Part shown: positions 1 to 10,857 of the stretch, piece after piece
Numbering within the stretch: the stretch's first letter is position 1
Layout of the letters: every line of letters begins with the position of its first letter
Assembly (NCBI GenBank): GCA_035649395.1
Contig: DASRJR010000215.1
Coordinates: 2,318 to 66,317, forward strand
DNA from: Vicinamibacterales bacterium
GTDB taxonomy: Bacteria; Acidobacteriota; Vicinamibacteria; Vicinamibacterales; UBA2999
Direction of reading: 5' to 3'
DNA length: 64,000 bases
Notes under the pieces: generated by a model
Databases searched by the model: none
What the model was told of the DNA's origin: nothing
What the model saw: only the letters and a program-made list of their open reading frames with translations
Translations under genes and position numbers: made by a program

Positions 1-2
1 AC

Positions 3-428
3 GCCGATCGTCTCGCCGCGCCAACGGCGCCACCCGAGACCTTGCGCGAACCGATCGCTCCGGTGGCGCCACCGGCGGCGCAGCGGGCAGTTGCCGAACC
101 CGCGCCCGCACCCGCGGCCAAGACGCCGTCGGCCCTGCCGAAGGTGGATGCCAAGCCGGCGGGGAAGGTCACTGTCCCGGAGGCGTCCGCCGCGGCCGGC
201 AACGGCTTTGTCGTGCAGGTTGCCGCTGTTCGCGCCCGTTCCGAGGCCGACACCATCGCGAAACGCCTCGCTTCGAAGGGATTCCCTTCGTACGTGACGA
301 ACCCCGGACCTGGAGCCGCGCGCATGTACCGCGTCCGGGTGGGGAAGTTTACCGAACGGCGCGACGCTGAATCGGTTGCAAGGCGGCTCGAAAAAGAAGA
401 ACAATTCAAGCCCTGGATTACGCGCTAG
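3..428 (+). CDS. SPOR-domain peptidoglycan-binding protein (DedD/FtsN-like), 5'-truncated by window edge
   Basis: Pro/Ala-rich linker then SPOR pattern GFVVQVAA...YRVRVGKF...A..L; frame stays open to the window start. Confidence 0.85.
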   Translation, partial: ADRLAAPTAPPETLREPIAPVAPPAAQRAVAEPAPAPAAKTPSALPKVDAKPAGKVTVPEASAAAGNGFVVQVAAVRARSEADTIAKRLASKGFPSYVTNPGPGAARMYRVRVGKFTERRDAESVARRLEKEEQFKPWITR

Positions 429-1948
429 CCCTGGTCGCGGGCGCGCTGCTCGCCCTCTCATTTCCCCGATTCGGACATCCGGCCTGTGCGTGGATGGCCC
501 TCGTACCTCTGCTCATTGCCTTGAGCGGATGGCGCGGCCGTGCGGGTGTCGTCCCCGGACTGCCGATGACTCGTGCGTTCGCACTGGGACTCACGACCGG
601 GACTTCGTACTTCGTGGGCACCATCTACTGGACCGGGTCCGTGCTGGTGCAGTTCGGCAGCGTCAACATCATCGTGGCACTGGTGGGGATGTTGCTGCTC
701 GCCGCGTACCTCGCGATCTTTCCCGCCGTGACCGCGGTGATCGTCTCGAGGCTGATTGCGCGGTTGGGTGTCCGGGCCATGTTCTTCGCGCCGGCCGCGT
801 GGGTTGCGACGGAGTTCGCCCGGGGATATGTGTTCGGCGGATTCCCGTGGGTGCCTCTCGGCAACAGTCAGGTCACGGTTCTGCCGGTGGCGCAGCTGGC
901 GAGCCTGTTAGGGGTTTACGGACTCTCGGCCCTGGTCGCATACGTCAACGCCACGCTTGCGTTCGCGTTGCTGACAACGGGCCGTTCGCGTTTCACTGCG
1001 CTTGCCGCGGCGGCTGTGGTGATCCTTGGTGTAGGCGCTTGGGGCGCGTGGCGCATTGCCGACGGGTCGCTCACGCGCCAGGGTGACCCGATCAGAGTCG
1101 GATTGATCCAGGGAAACATCGCTCAGGAAGACAAGTGGAAGCCGAGCGAGTCGAGGCGGATCTTCACGACGTACCTCGCGATGACGCGAGACGCGGTCCG
1201 CCGTGGCGCCGAGTACGTGATCTGGCCCGAGTCGTCGACGCCGTTCTCGTTCGAAGACCCCAAGGACAGCCCGGCGGCCGATGCGATGGTGCGTGAACTG
1301 GCGCGCGAGACACGCGTGCCGCTGCTGTTCGGCAGCGATCAGGTCATTCGCTCGGCAACGCCGGAGTTGTACAACGCCGCGTTTCTGATCACGCCAGAGG
1401 GGCGGACGGCCGCTGTGTACCGCAAGGTACATTTGGTGCCGTTCGGCGAATTCTTTCCTCTGCAGCGATGGCTCAAGTTCGTAGCACCGCTGGTGCAGCG
1501 CTTCGCGCCGTTTTCAGCGGGTGTAGGACCGGTGATGTTGCCAGTGGGATCCCACCGGGCGAGCACGGCGATCTGTTACGAGGTCGTGTTTCCCGAACTG
1601 ACGCGCGCGGCGGTGCTCGCTGGCAGCGAGCTGCTGACCACCGTGACCAACGACGGCTGGTACGGGTATTCGTCGGCGCCGTACCAGCATTTCGAGATGG
1701 CGTCGATGCGCGCGATCGAGCACGGACGTTACCTCGCACGTGCGGCCAACACCGGCATCAGCGGCGTCGTCGACCCTTACGGTCGCATAGTCGCCAAGTC
1801 GAGTATCTTTGAGCAGGTCACCGTGATCGCCGAGGCTCGCTTTCTCACGAGCCGAACGGTGTACGCCGGGATTGGGGACGCGGTCGCGTATGCCGCGATC
1901 GCCTTGATCGGTGCGACGCTCGTGGCCGTGCGTCTCAAGTGGATCTAA
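413..1948 (+). CDS. lnt: Apolipoprotein N-acyltransferase (start probably CTG 413; first ATG at 494)
   Basis: GGFPW motif, QGNI, nitrilase triad WPES / YRKVHLVPFGE / ICYE, TNDGW, RAANTGIS; the typical first TM helix (DYALALVAGALLALSFP) lies upstream of ATG 494. Confidence 0.95.
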   Translation: MDYALALVAGALLALSFPRFGHPACAWMALVPLLIALSGWRGRAGVVPGLPMTRAFALGLTTGTSYFVGTIYWTGSVLVQFGSVNIIVALVGMLLLAAYLAIFPAVTAVIVSRLIARLGVRAMFFAPAAWVATEFARGYVFGGFPWVPLGNSQVTVLPVAQLASLLGVYGLSALVAYVNATLAFALLTTGRSRFTALAAAAVVILGVGAWGAWRIADGSLTRQGDPIRVGLIQGNIAQEDKWKPSESRRIFTTYLAMTRDAVRRGAEYVIWPESSTPFSFEDPKDSPAADAMVRELARETRVPLLFGSDQVIRSATPELYNAAFLITPEGRTAAVYRKVHLVPFGEFFPLQRWLKFVAPLVQRFAPFSAGVGPVMLPVGSHRASTAICYEVVFPELTRAAVLAGSELLTTVTNDGWYGYSSAPYQHFEMASMRAIEHGRYLARAANTGISGVVDPYGRIVAKSSIFEQVTVIAEARFLTSRTVYAGIGDAVAYAAIALIGATLVAVRLKWI

Positions 1949-2012
1949 CCGTTTCAGACGGATCTTGGAAGCGGCGCCAACAGATAGTACGCGAGCACAA
2001 GGGAGGATGTCG

Positions 2013-3144
2013 GTGGAGTTGGATGACCTCGAACGGCAGTACGACGACCTGAAGCGGCGGGCAGTGGACTTGCGGAGGCATCTTTGAAAACGCCCACCTG
2101 GACGACCAGCTCGCGGAGATCGAGCAGACCATAGCGGGCCCGAATTTCTGGAGCAATCAGACCGACGCGCAGAAGGTTATGCAGCGCCGGCGTCGCGTCG
2201 AAGACGACCTGACCCTGCTGCGGTCCCTGCAGAGGCGAATGGACGACTTGGCCGTGCTGCAGGAGTGGGTGGCGGCAGGCGAGGACGTGCTCGCCGACTT
2301 CGAGCGCGGGCTGGCGGAACTCCGTCAGGAAGTCGAGGCCGCCGAAACGAAGAAGATGCTCGGCGGCGAGCACGATCGTGCGAATGCGATCGTCACCATC
2401 CATCCAGGCGCCGGCGGAACCGAGTCGCAGGATTGGGCCGAGATGCTCCTGCGCATGTATCTGAAGTGGTCCGAGCGTCGCGGGTTCAAGCGCGACGTGA
2501 TCGACTACCAGCCGGGTGAAGAGGCGGGCATCAAGAGCGCCACGGTCACGCTTGCGGGTGACTACGCGTATGGGCTGATGGCGGCTGAAGCGGGCGTGCA
2601 CCGGCTCGTGCGCATCTCGCCATTCGACCAGGCCGCACGGCGACACACGTCGTTTGCCTCGGTGTTCGTCTGGCCGGAATTGCCCGAAGACGTCGACATC
2701 GCCATCGAAGAGAAGGATCTCCGGATCGACACGTATCGATCCAGCGGCGCCGGCGGACAACACGTGAACGTGACCGATTCTGCCGTGCGGATCACACATT
2801 TGCCCACCGGCATTGTCGTGTCGTGTCAGAACGAGCGCTCGCAGCACAAGAATCGAGCGCAGGCGATGAAGGTGCTGAAGGCGCGCCTGTTCGACCTCAA
2901 GACGAAAGAACAGCAGGCCAGGCTCGAACAGCTCGGTGGCGAGAAGCGCGACATCGCTTTCGGCAGTCAGATCCGCAGCTACGTGCTGCAGCCCTACCAG
3001 ATGATCAAGGATCACCGCACGAAGGTGGAGGTCGGCGACGTCAATCGGGTCCTTGACGGGGACCTCGACGCCTTCATCAAGACCTATTTGATGCAGAGGG
3101 CAAGTGGGACCCTGGGCAGTCCGTCACCAGTGGAGGACGTATAG
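2013..3144 (+). CDS. prfB: Peptide chain release factor 2, translated through a programmed +1 frameshift at 2082-2088
   Basis: SD GGGAGG 2001-2006, GTG 2013, short ORF ending CTT TGA; the +1 frame (ENAHLDDQL...FWSNQ) joins the 2179 ORF containing SPF and GGQ motifs. Confidence 0.97.
2073..2088 (+). promoter_or_regulatory. RF2 autoregulatory frameshift cassette (internal SD, CTT TGA)
   Basis: CGGAGG CAT CTT TGA A matches the SD-3nt-CTT-TGA layout of prfB genes. Confidence 0.93.
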
Positions 3145-3292
3145 GGTCAGGAGGCCCGTCAAGGCCGCAGAAGCCGCTTCGGCCAGGCCTTCCCGTTTTG
3201 CAGCGACTCGGGTAAGATCGGCGACCCGCTTTGGTCAGATGGGCGTATAGTTAGCTCTACCGGTGTCCCTCGTCGTTTCTCGGGAGGTGTGA

Positions 3293-3532
3293 ATGCTGAA
3301 ACTCCTGCGTCGGTATTGGGACGAAAACGTCAGCTACGAAGGCGACCTCGCATCGTTGCTGATGATGAATGGGCTTCTGCTCGTGCCGCTTGTATTCGCG
3401 GCGTTCTTCTATCCCTTTCAGGTTCTCATTCTTGTGGGCATCTTGCTGGTCGTGAGTTTCGCCGTGTACGAAGGTGTGTACATCTGGCGGAAGCGTCACC
3501 CGCACCAGCATCCGCCACAAGCACGCGTGTAA
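3293..3532 (+). CDS. Small hypothetical membrane protein (79 aa, two hydrophobic segments)
   Basis: SD GGGAGG 5 nt before ATG, TATAGT at 3246, two hydrophobic stretches, basic His/Pro tail. Confidence 0.7.
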   Translation: MLKLLRRYWDENVSYEGDLASLLMMNGLLLVPLVFAAFFYPFQVLILVGILLVVSFAVYEGVYIWRKRHPHQHPPQARV

Positions 3533-3542
3533 GAACGAAAGA

Positions 3543-5900
3543 CTATTCTTCGAGCGTTGGGCTACTGCTTGCGGCTGCCGTCGGTGGCGGTGTGGACTGC
3601 GAGATGGTCTCTGGCTGCGTGCCGTTGATGAACGCCTCGACCGTGCCAGAGGCGAGCGTGACGAATACGATGTTGCCCGGCGCCTCGAATTTCGGTGGGT
3701 TCTTCCGGTCGCCGTAGTTCTGGATGTAGACTTTCATGAAATCCATCCAGATTGGGAGCGCGGCGGCCGCACCGGTTTCTCCCGACCCGAGCGGCTTCTT
3801 CTCGTCGTAGCCGACCCACACACCCACAGTCACGTTCGGATCGAACCCGATGAACCAGGCATCGGTGTATTCGTCCATCGTGCCGGTCTTGCCGGCGAGC
3901 GGCCAGTCGAGTGAGGCGGCCGCATTCGCGGTACCGTGCTGCACCACTCCACGCAGCAGGTTCGTCATGACGAATGCGGTGTCGGCGCGCAGCGCCTCGT
4001 GCGGCTCGGGCCGATGCTCGTCGAGGATGTTTCCCTCGCGATCAGAAATGGTGATGACCGAGTACGGCTCCATCCTCACGCCCTGATTCGCGAAGGCCGT
4101 GTAGGAGCTGGTCATTTCGACGAGCGTCGCTTCGGCGGCGCCAAGGGCGAGCGACAGGTAGGGCTGGTAGTTGCCGCGCAGGCCGAATCGCTTCGCGTAC
4201 GAAACGACATCGCCGGGGCCCACCTCGGCCATCGCTTTCACCGCCGGGATGTTGCGCGAGTCCTCGAGCGCGTGTCGCAACGTCACCGGGCCCTCGAACT
4301 TGCGGTCGTAATTGAGCGGCTCGTAGCGCGGCTGGTTGGGCCCCGCTTCGAATGACACCGGCTCGTCGACGAAGACGGACACTGGCGTGAAGCCGCGATC
4401 GATCGCCGCGGTGTACACGAACGGCTTGAACAGCGAGCCGACCTGTCGTTTGGCCTGGGTGGCGCGATTGAACTTGCTGCGCTGGAAGCTGAATCCGCCG
4501 ACCATGGCGCGGATCTGTCCAGTGCGATTGTCGATGGCGATGAGCGCGCCTTCGACCAAGGGCGGCTGCTCGAGCTGCAGGATCGTCGGTCGCTTGTCCT
4601 CGAGCGCGCGGACATTCACCTCGATGAGATCGCCCACTTTGAAGAGGTCGGCGGCCGACGCCTTTCTCGTCCAGGCGAACGCCGTACGAGGCAGGTCCAC
4701 TTCGTGTGCGCCGATCCGGACACGCGCGTTTTCCTTCGGTGTCGTCGGCACGAACGTGACGACGGCGGGAACGATATCGCCAGGGAGAATGGGTTCGGAC
4801 CAGCGTTCGGTCGTGAACGTCTCGAGCGGCTTGCCTTCTGCAAGGATGTTGCGCCGGGCCCGGCGGTATCCGGTCTTGCGCTTGTCGATCGCGCGCAGAC
4901 CACGGTCCAGGGCTGCGTTGGCGGCTTCCTGAAGCGTGACGTCGAGCGTCGTCTGCACGCGCAGGCCGGCCTGGTAGAGCGTGTCGGCGCCGTACTTCTG
5001 CTCGAGCATCTTGCGGATGTCTTCGACGAAGTACGGAGCAATCGAGCGCTCGGGCGTCGGCTGCCCTTGAAGAACCAGTGGTTGGCGTGCGGCTTCGTCG
5101 GCCTGCTCCTTCGTGATGAAGCCTTCTGCCGCCATCCGCGGCAACACGTAGCCATTGCGCCGGCGCATGTTCTGCTTCGGGTTCACGAACGGACTGAGGC
5201 GCGCGGGTGTCTGGATGATCGCCGCGATCGTGGCGGCCTCCTCGAGCGTGACGTCCTTCGCCGGCTTGTCGAAGTACATCCGCGACGCTGCCTCGACGCC
5301 GTACGCGCCGTGGCCGAGCGGAATGTGATTGGCGTAGAACGCCAGGATCTCGCGCTTGGTGTAGCGCTTTTCGAGCTGGAACGCGAGCATCGCTTCCTTC
5401 AGCTTGCGCTCCCAACCAGCGAAGCCGGATCGCGCGAACACACCACCCTTCATGTACTCCTGCAGGAAGAGAATGCGCGCGACCTGCTGTGTGATGGTGC
5501 TGGCGCCGTAGCGCTGCCCGGTGATGATGTCGCGGGCGGCGGTGACGATCAGCCGCGTCGGGCTGATGCCGAAGTGGCGCTCGAAGTCGCCGTCTTCGCT
5601 GGCGATAATCGCCTGCCGCAGCACGGGCGCCATGTCGTCGTAGCCGATGACCACGCGGCGCTCGGTGGCGAACTCGCCAATCTGCTCGCCGTTCGCGGCG
5701 AGCAGTCGGGTGATCGTGTTCGGCTTGTAGTCGTCGAGCGCGCTGACTTCCGCGACGTCGTCCGCGTACGCGAACAAGACTCCGCCGAGCGCCCCGAGCA
5801 GCACCGTCAGGACGAACAGCGCAGCGATGCCGGCACGCCGCGCCACGCGAACCACAACTTTGGTAGGCCGCGGCTCCTGGAGGTCTTCGGGCTGGTCCAC
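3543..5900 (-). CDS. mrcA: Class A penicillin-binding protein 1A (transglycosylase/transpeptidase)
   Basis: TM anchor, EDGDFERHFG, GASTITQQ, SLFK (SxxK), SRN, KTG. Confidence 0.92.
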   Translation of the reverse strand: MDQPEDLQEPRPTKVVVRVARRAGIAALFVLTVLLGALGGVLFAYADDVAEVSALDDYKPNTITRLLAANGEQIGEFATERRVVIGYDDMAPVLRQAIIASEDGDFERHFGISPTRLIVTAARDIITGQRYGASTITQQVARILFLQEYMKGGVFARSGFAGWERKLKEAMLAFQLEKRYTKREILAFYANHIPLGHGAYGVEAASRMYFDKPAKDVTLEEAATIAAIIQTPARLSPFVNPKQNMRRRNGYVLPRMAAEGFITKEQADEAARQPLVLQGQPTPERSIAPYFVEDIRKMLEQKYGADTLYQAGLRVQTTLDVTLQEAANAALDRGLRAIDKRKTGYRRARRNILAEGKPLETFTTERWSEPILPGDIVPAVVTFVPTTPKENARVRIGAHEVDLPRTAFAWTRKASAADLFKVGDLIEVNVRALEDKRPTILQLEQPPLVEGALIAIDNRTGQIRAMVGGFSFQRSKFNRATQAKRQVGSLFKPFVYTAAIDRGFTPVSVFVDEPVSFEAGPNQPRYEPLNYDRKFEGPVTLRHALEDSRNIPAVKAMAEVGPGDVVSYAKRFGLRGNYQPYLSLALGAAEATLVEMTSSYTAFANQGVRMEPYSVITISDREGNILDEHRPEPHEALRADTAFVMTNLLRGVVQHGTANAAASLDWPLAGKTGTMDEYTDAWFIGFDPNVTVGVWVGYDEKKPLGSGETGAAAALPIWMDFMKVYIQNYGDRKNPPKFEAPGNIVFVTLASGTVEAFINGTQPETISQSTPPPTAAASSSPTLEE

Positions 5901-6002
5901 GATCTCTCAACCAGTATCGCACCTGGGCTGCTCTCGTGGCGAGGCGCCTGTATTGCGAAATCCTTGCGGCGCCGACAATTGCCAGGGCGGAGAGTTGCTG
6001 TC

Positions 6003-6032
6003 CTTGACAACGCTACACTCAGATTTGATAAT
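6003..6032 (+). promoter_or_regulatory. Sigma70-type dnaK promoter overlapped by a HAIR-like (HspR) operator
   Basis: TTGACA(6004)-17 bp-GATAAT(6027); CTTGACA-N7-ACTCAGA at 6003-6023 vs HAIR consensus CTTGAGT-N7-ACTCAAG; hspR is in the operon. Confidence 0.75.
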
Positions 6033-6120
6033 GAGCACAGCCTAAAGAAGACGCCTGGCCCCTTCGTTACGGGTCGGCGAGCCAGGCCTGCTGGCCCTCG
6101 AGACAAGGACGCGTGACACC

Positions 6121-8070
<1,950 letters not shown>

Positions 8071-8073
8071 AAC

Positions 8074-8096
8074 GTAGGGGCCGCCTTGAGGCGGCC
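8074..8096 (+). repeat. GTAG-type REP palindrome
   Basis: GTAG-G-GGCCGCC-TTGA-GGCGGCC between dnaK and dnaJ. Confidence 0.75.
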
Positions 8097-8107
8097 GCAA
8101 TCCACCC

Positions 8108-9172
8108 ATGGATCTGTACATCGTTCTGGGAATCGAGCACGGCGCGTCGGAGTCCGAGATCAAGCGGGCGTACCGACGTCTTGCGCGCCGGTTTCATCCG
8201 GACATCAATCCGGGTGACCGCACGGCCGAAGCACGGTTCCGGCAGATCCTGGAGGCGTACGAGACCCTGATCGATCCGGCGCGGCGCTCCAAGTACGACG
8301 CGGGCCATCCGGATCCGCAGCCCGCGCGGCCCAGCGGATTCGAGGGCTTCGATTTCTCCACGCGCGGTGTCGACTACTCCGCGACGTTCGGTGATCTCTT
8401 CGCCGAAGTCTTGACCGAGCGCGGCGCGCGAAACGACACCTCGCAGCGCGGCGCCGACCTGCACGCCGAGATGGCCGTGTCGTTCGAGGAGGCGCTGAGC
8501 GGGACCCAGCGAGCAGTCACCATCACCCGCCGCGAGATTTGCCGGACCTGCGCGGGCAGCGGCCGCACGCGAATGAGCCCAGGCGTGTGCCACCTGTGCC
8601 ACGGAACCGGTTCGGTGCGTTCGGTGCGTGGGCACATGGTGTTCTCGGGGAACTGCACGTCGTGCGGCGGCACCGGTCAGCAGATGCCGCGGCCGTGCGA
8701 TCCCTGCAGCGGTACTGGCGTGGAGACGCGAAGCGAAACAGTGACCGTGCGGGTGCCGGGCGGCGTCGCCGACGGCGATCGCCTGCGTGTGCCGGGGAAG
8801 GGACATGCCGGCACGCGCGGCGGGGCGCCCGGCGATTTGTACGTCACGGCGAAGGTGGCGTCGCACCCGCTGTATCGCCGCGAGGGCGACGACCTTCACA
8901 TGATCGTGCCCGTTGCCGTGCACGAAGCGGCGTTGGGGACCAAGGTCATCGTGCGCACGCTCGAAGGGGACGCGCGCCTGCGCGTACCGCCCGGCACGCA
9001 ATCGGGTCAGCGATTCCGCCTGCGTGAGCGTGGTGCGCCCTCGACGAGAACCGGGCTGCGTGGCGATCTCGTCGTCGAGGTGCGCATCATGCTGCCGAAA
9101 GTGCTCGATGAACGCTCGAAGGAGCTGCTGCGCGAGTTCGGTCGCCTCAACGCGGAAGGCGTTCGGGAGTAG
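8108..9172 (+). CDS. dnaJ: DnaJ co-chaperone with zinc-finger domain
   Basis: J domain with HPD, four CxxCxGxG repeats, C-terminal substrate-binding domain. Confidence 0.93.
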   Translation: MDLYIVLGIEHGASESEIKRAYRRLARRFHPDINPGDRTAEARFRQILEAYETLIDPARRSKYDAGHPDPQPARPSGFEGFDFSTRGVDYSATFGDLFAEVLTERGARNDTSQRGADLHAEMAVSFEEALSGTQRAVTITRREICRTCAGSGRTRMSPGVCHLCHGTGSVRSVRGHMVFSGNCTSCGGTGQQMPRPCDPCSGTGVETRSETVTVRVPGGVADGDRLRVPGKGHAGTRGGAPGDLYVTAKVASHPLYRREGDDLHMIVPVAVHEAALGTKVIVRTLEGDARLRVPPGTQSGQRFRLRERGAPSTRTGLRGDLVVEVRIMLPKVLDERSKELLREFGRLNAEGVRE

Positions 9173-9174
9173 GC

Positions 9175-9624
9175 ATGGCGAAGCGGGCGGAACGTGGCAA
9201 GGCGTACTACATGATCAGCGCGGTGTCGCAGAAGTACGACATCCATCCGCAGACGCTGCGTCTGTACGAGCGCGAAGGGCTGCTCAAGCCCTCGCGCACC
9301 GAGGGCAATACCCGGCTGTACTCGGAAGAAGATCTGGAGCAGCTCGAGACCATCCTGACGCTGACGCGCGATCTCGGCGTCAACCTCGCTGGCGTCGAGA
9401 TCATCTTGAACCTGCGGCGCAAGATCGAGCAGATGCAAGGCGAGGTCAATCAGTTCATGGACTACGTGAAGCGCGAGCTGGCCCGTGGCATCGACGACTG
9501 GGAGCAGCGTCTCGGCACTGCGCTCGTCAAGTCAACACCGACCGACCTCGTGCGCCGCACGCCGCCACCCGTCGAGGAACCCGAGGCCGGGGGGCGCAGG
9601 CCGACGCGGAAGTCGAGCAGCTAG
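9175..9624 (+). CDS. hspR: MerR-family heat-shock repressor HspR
   Basis: YMISAVSQKYDIHPQTLRLYEREGLLKPSRTEGNTRLYS...LGVNLAGV; last gene of the dnaK-dnaJ operon. Confidence 0.88.
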   Translation: MAKRAERGKAYYMISAVSQKYDIHPQTLRLYEREGLLKPSRTEGNTRLYSEEDLEQLETILTLTRDLGVNLAGVEIILNLRRKIEQMQGEVNQFMDYVKRELARGIDDWEQRLGTALVKSTPTDLVRRTPPPVEEPEAGGRRPTRKSSS

Positions 9625-9638
9625 GAGTCTTCGGCGTT

Positions 9639-10694
9639 CTACAAGCTGGGAACGATGCGCAACCCACTGACCGGGCCTGGGAGCGCGCCTTGCGGACGCC
9701 ACCCGAGTTGGATCACCTCGAAGTCGCTGGCCGTCAGGGCGGCGAACGCGGGATTGAGGATGCCGTTGTCCCAGCGAGTGTCGAAGGCCCCGCTGATGTA
9801 CATGTCCGATCCGTTGTCCGCCACGATCAGGCCGTAGCGCTGCATCGCACGGAAGATCCGCTGGAGTTCCGGCCTGAATCCCGACAGGTCTTTCGAGGCC
9901 TTGAGCCGGAGCCGCGCCCCCATTGGCAGAGCCCCGGAAGTTGATCCGGCGCGGTGTGAGGCCGGATACACGTACCCGTTCGTCGCACGCACGGTCACGC
10001 GGAACGCGTGCATGATCTCGGCGGTGCCAAACGCCTCGTCATGGCGCACCAGGCCGGGCAGAATCGCGAGTCCGGCGGCGTCCGCCGACGTCCAGCCGTC
10101 CGGACGACGGGTGTTGGTGTCGAGATCGAAGAACGCGCCGGACCCGGCCCGCCACGTCGTCCCGTCGAAGAACACGTTGTACAGCTCGTAGAGATGACGG
10201 TTGTCGCGATCGACGATCAACATGTGTCGATCGCTGCCGCTGCGTCGATCGATGTTGCCCGGTTCACCACCTTCGATCCAGTGCGCCTGCGCGATCGCCT
10301 CATCAGGAATGGGATAGAAGGCATAGCTGCGATTCGTGGAGTGATCCACGCCGTCGCTTTCGTCGACGTACTGAAACTGCACCGTTTTCTTTGGCTGCGA
10401 TCCATCGACCACGATGTACGGAAAGCCGTAGATCTCGACGCTGCCGGGTGATGCTTCGCCGCCGAAATCGGGATGAAGCCGGCGGGTCGAGCCGTTGTTG
10501 ATGAACGTAATGTAGTTGGCGGATGCCGCGTCGACCGGTGCCGCCGAGACGTCGACGTTCCACCAGTTGTCGCGAGGGAAGAGCGGCAGCGGCTGGGGCA
10601 GGGCGCCGTTGAGCGTTGCGCCGACTACGGTGACAGTCGCGCCCGCGGCGAGGGCGAGGACCGCGCAGAGCTGTCGCGAGGATCTCGATCGCAT
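9639..10694 (-). CDS. Exported hypothetical protein (start probably ATG 10694)
   Basis: Signal peptide MRSRSSRQLCAVLALAAGA; conserved-looking blocks DNWWN, SADAAGL, IVADNG; function not recognised. Confidence 0.75.
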   Translation of the reverse strand: MRSRSSRQLCAVLALAAGATVTVVGATLNGALPQPLPLFPRDNWWNVDVSAAPVDAASANYITFINNGSTRRLHPDFGGEASPGSVEIYGFPYIVVDGSQPKKTVQFQYVDESDGVDHSTNRSYAFYPIPDEAIAQAHWIEGGEPGNIDRRSGSDRHMLIVDRDNRHLYELYNVFFDGTTWRAGSGAFFDLDTNTRRPDGWTSADAAGLAILPGLVRHDEAFGTAEIMHAFRVTVRATNGYVYPASHRAGSTSGALPMGARLRLKASKDLSGFRPELQRIFRAMQRYGLIVADNGSDMYISGAFDTRWDNGILNPAFAALTASDFEVIQLGWRPQGALPGPVSGLRIVPSL

Positions 10695-10706
10695 CTCGCA
10701 TCGAGA

Positions 10707-10722
10707 GGCAACGTGCGTGCCG
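10707..10722 (-). promoter_or_regulatory. Putative sigma54 -24/-12 promoter
   Basis: Minus strand CGGCAC-GCACG-TTGC vs consensus TGGCAC-N5-TTGC. Confidence 0.5.
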
Positions 10723-10857
10723 ATCACGATCGCGAAGATTTTCGAGTGTGACGCACGAGCGACCACACACTTCTGTCATTCGACCAGATGTTTTTGGAAT
10801 CGCCTTCGAGGGGTTGCTCGGGATCTCCGTGCACCGCGTTAGGAGTTAACATGATGT

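Noticed and set aside
5900..6120. CIRCE (HrcA) operator upstream of dnaK
   Set aside because: No TTAGCACTC-N9-GAGTGCTAA match; the HAIR-like site fits better
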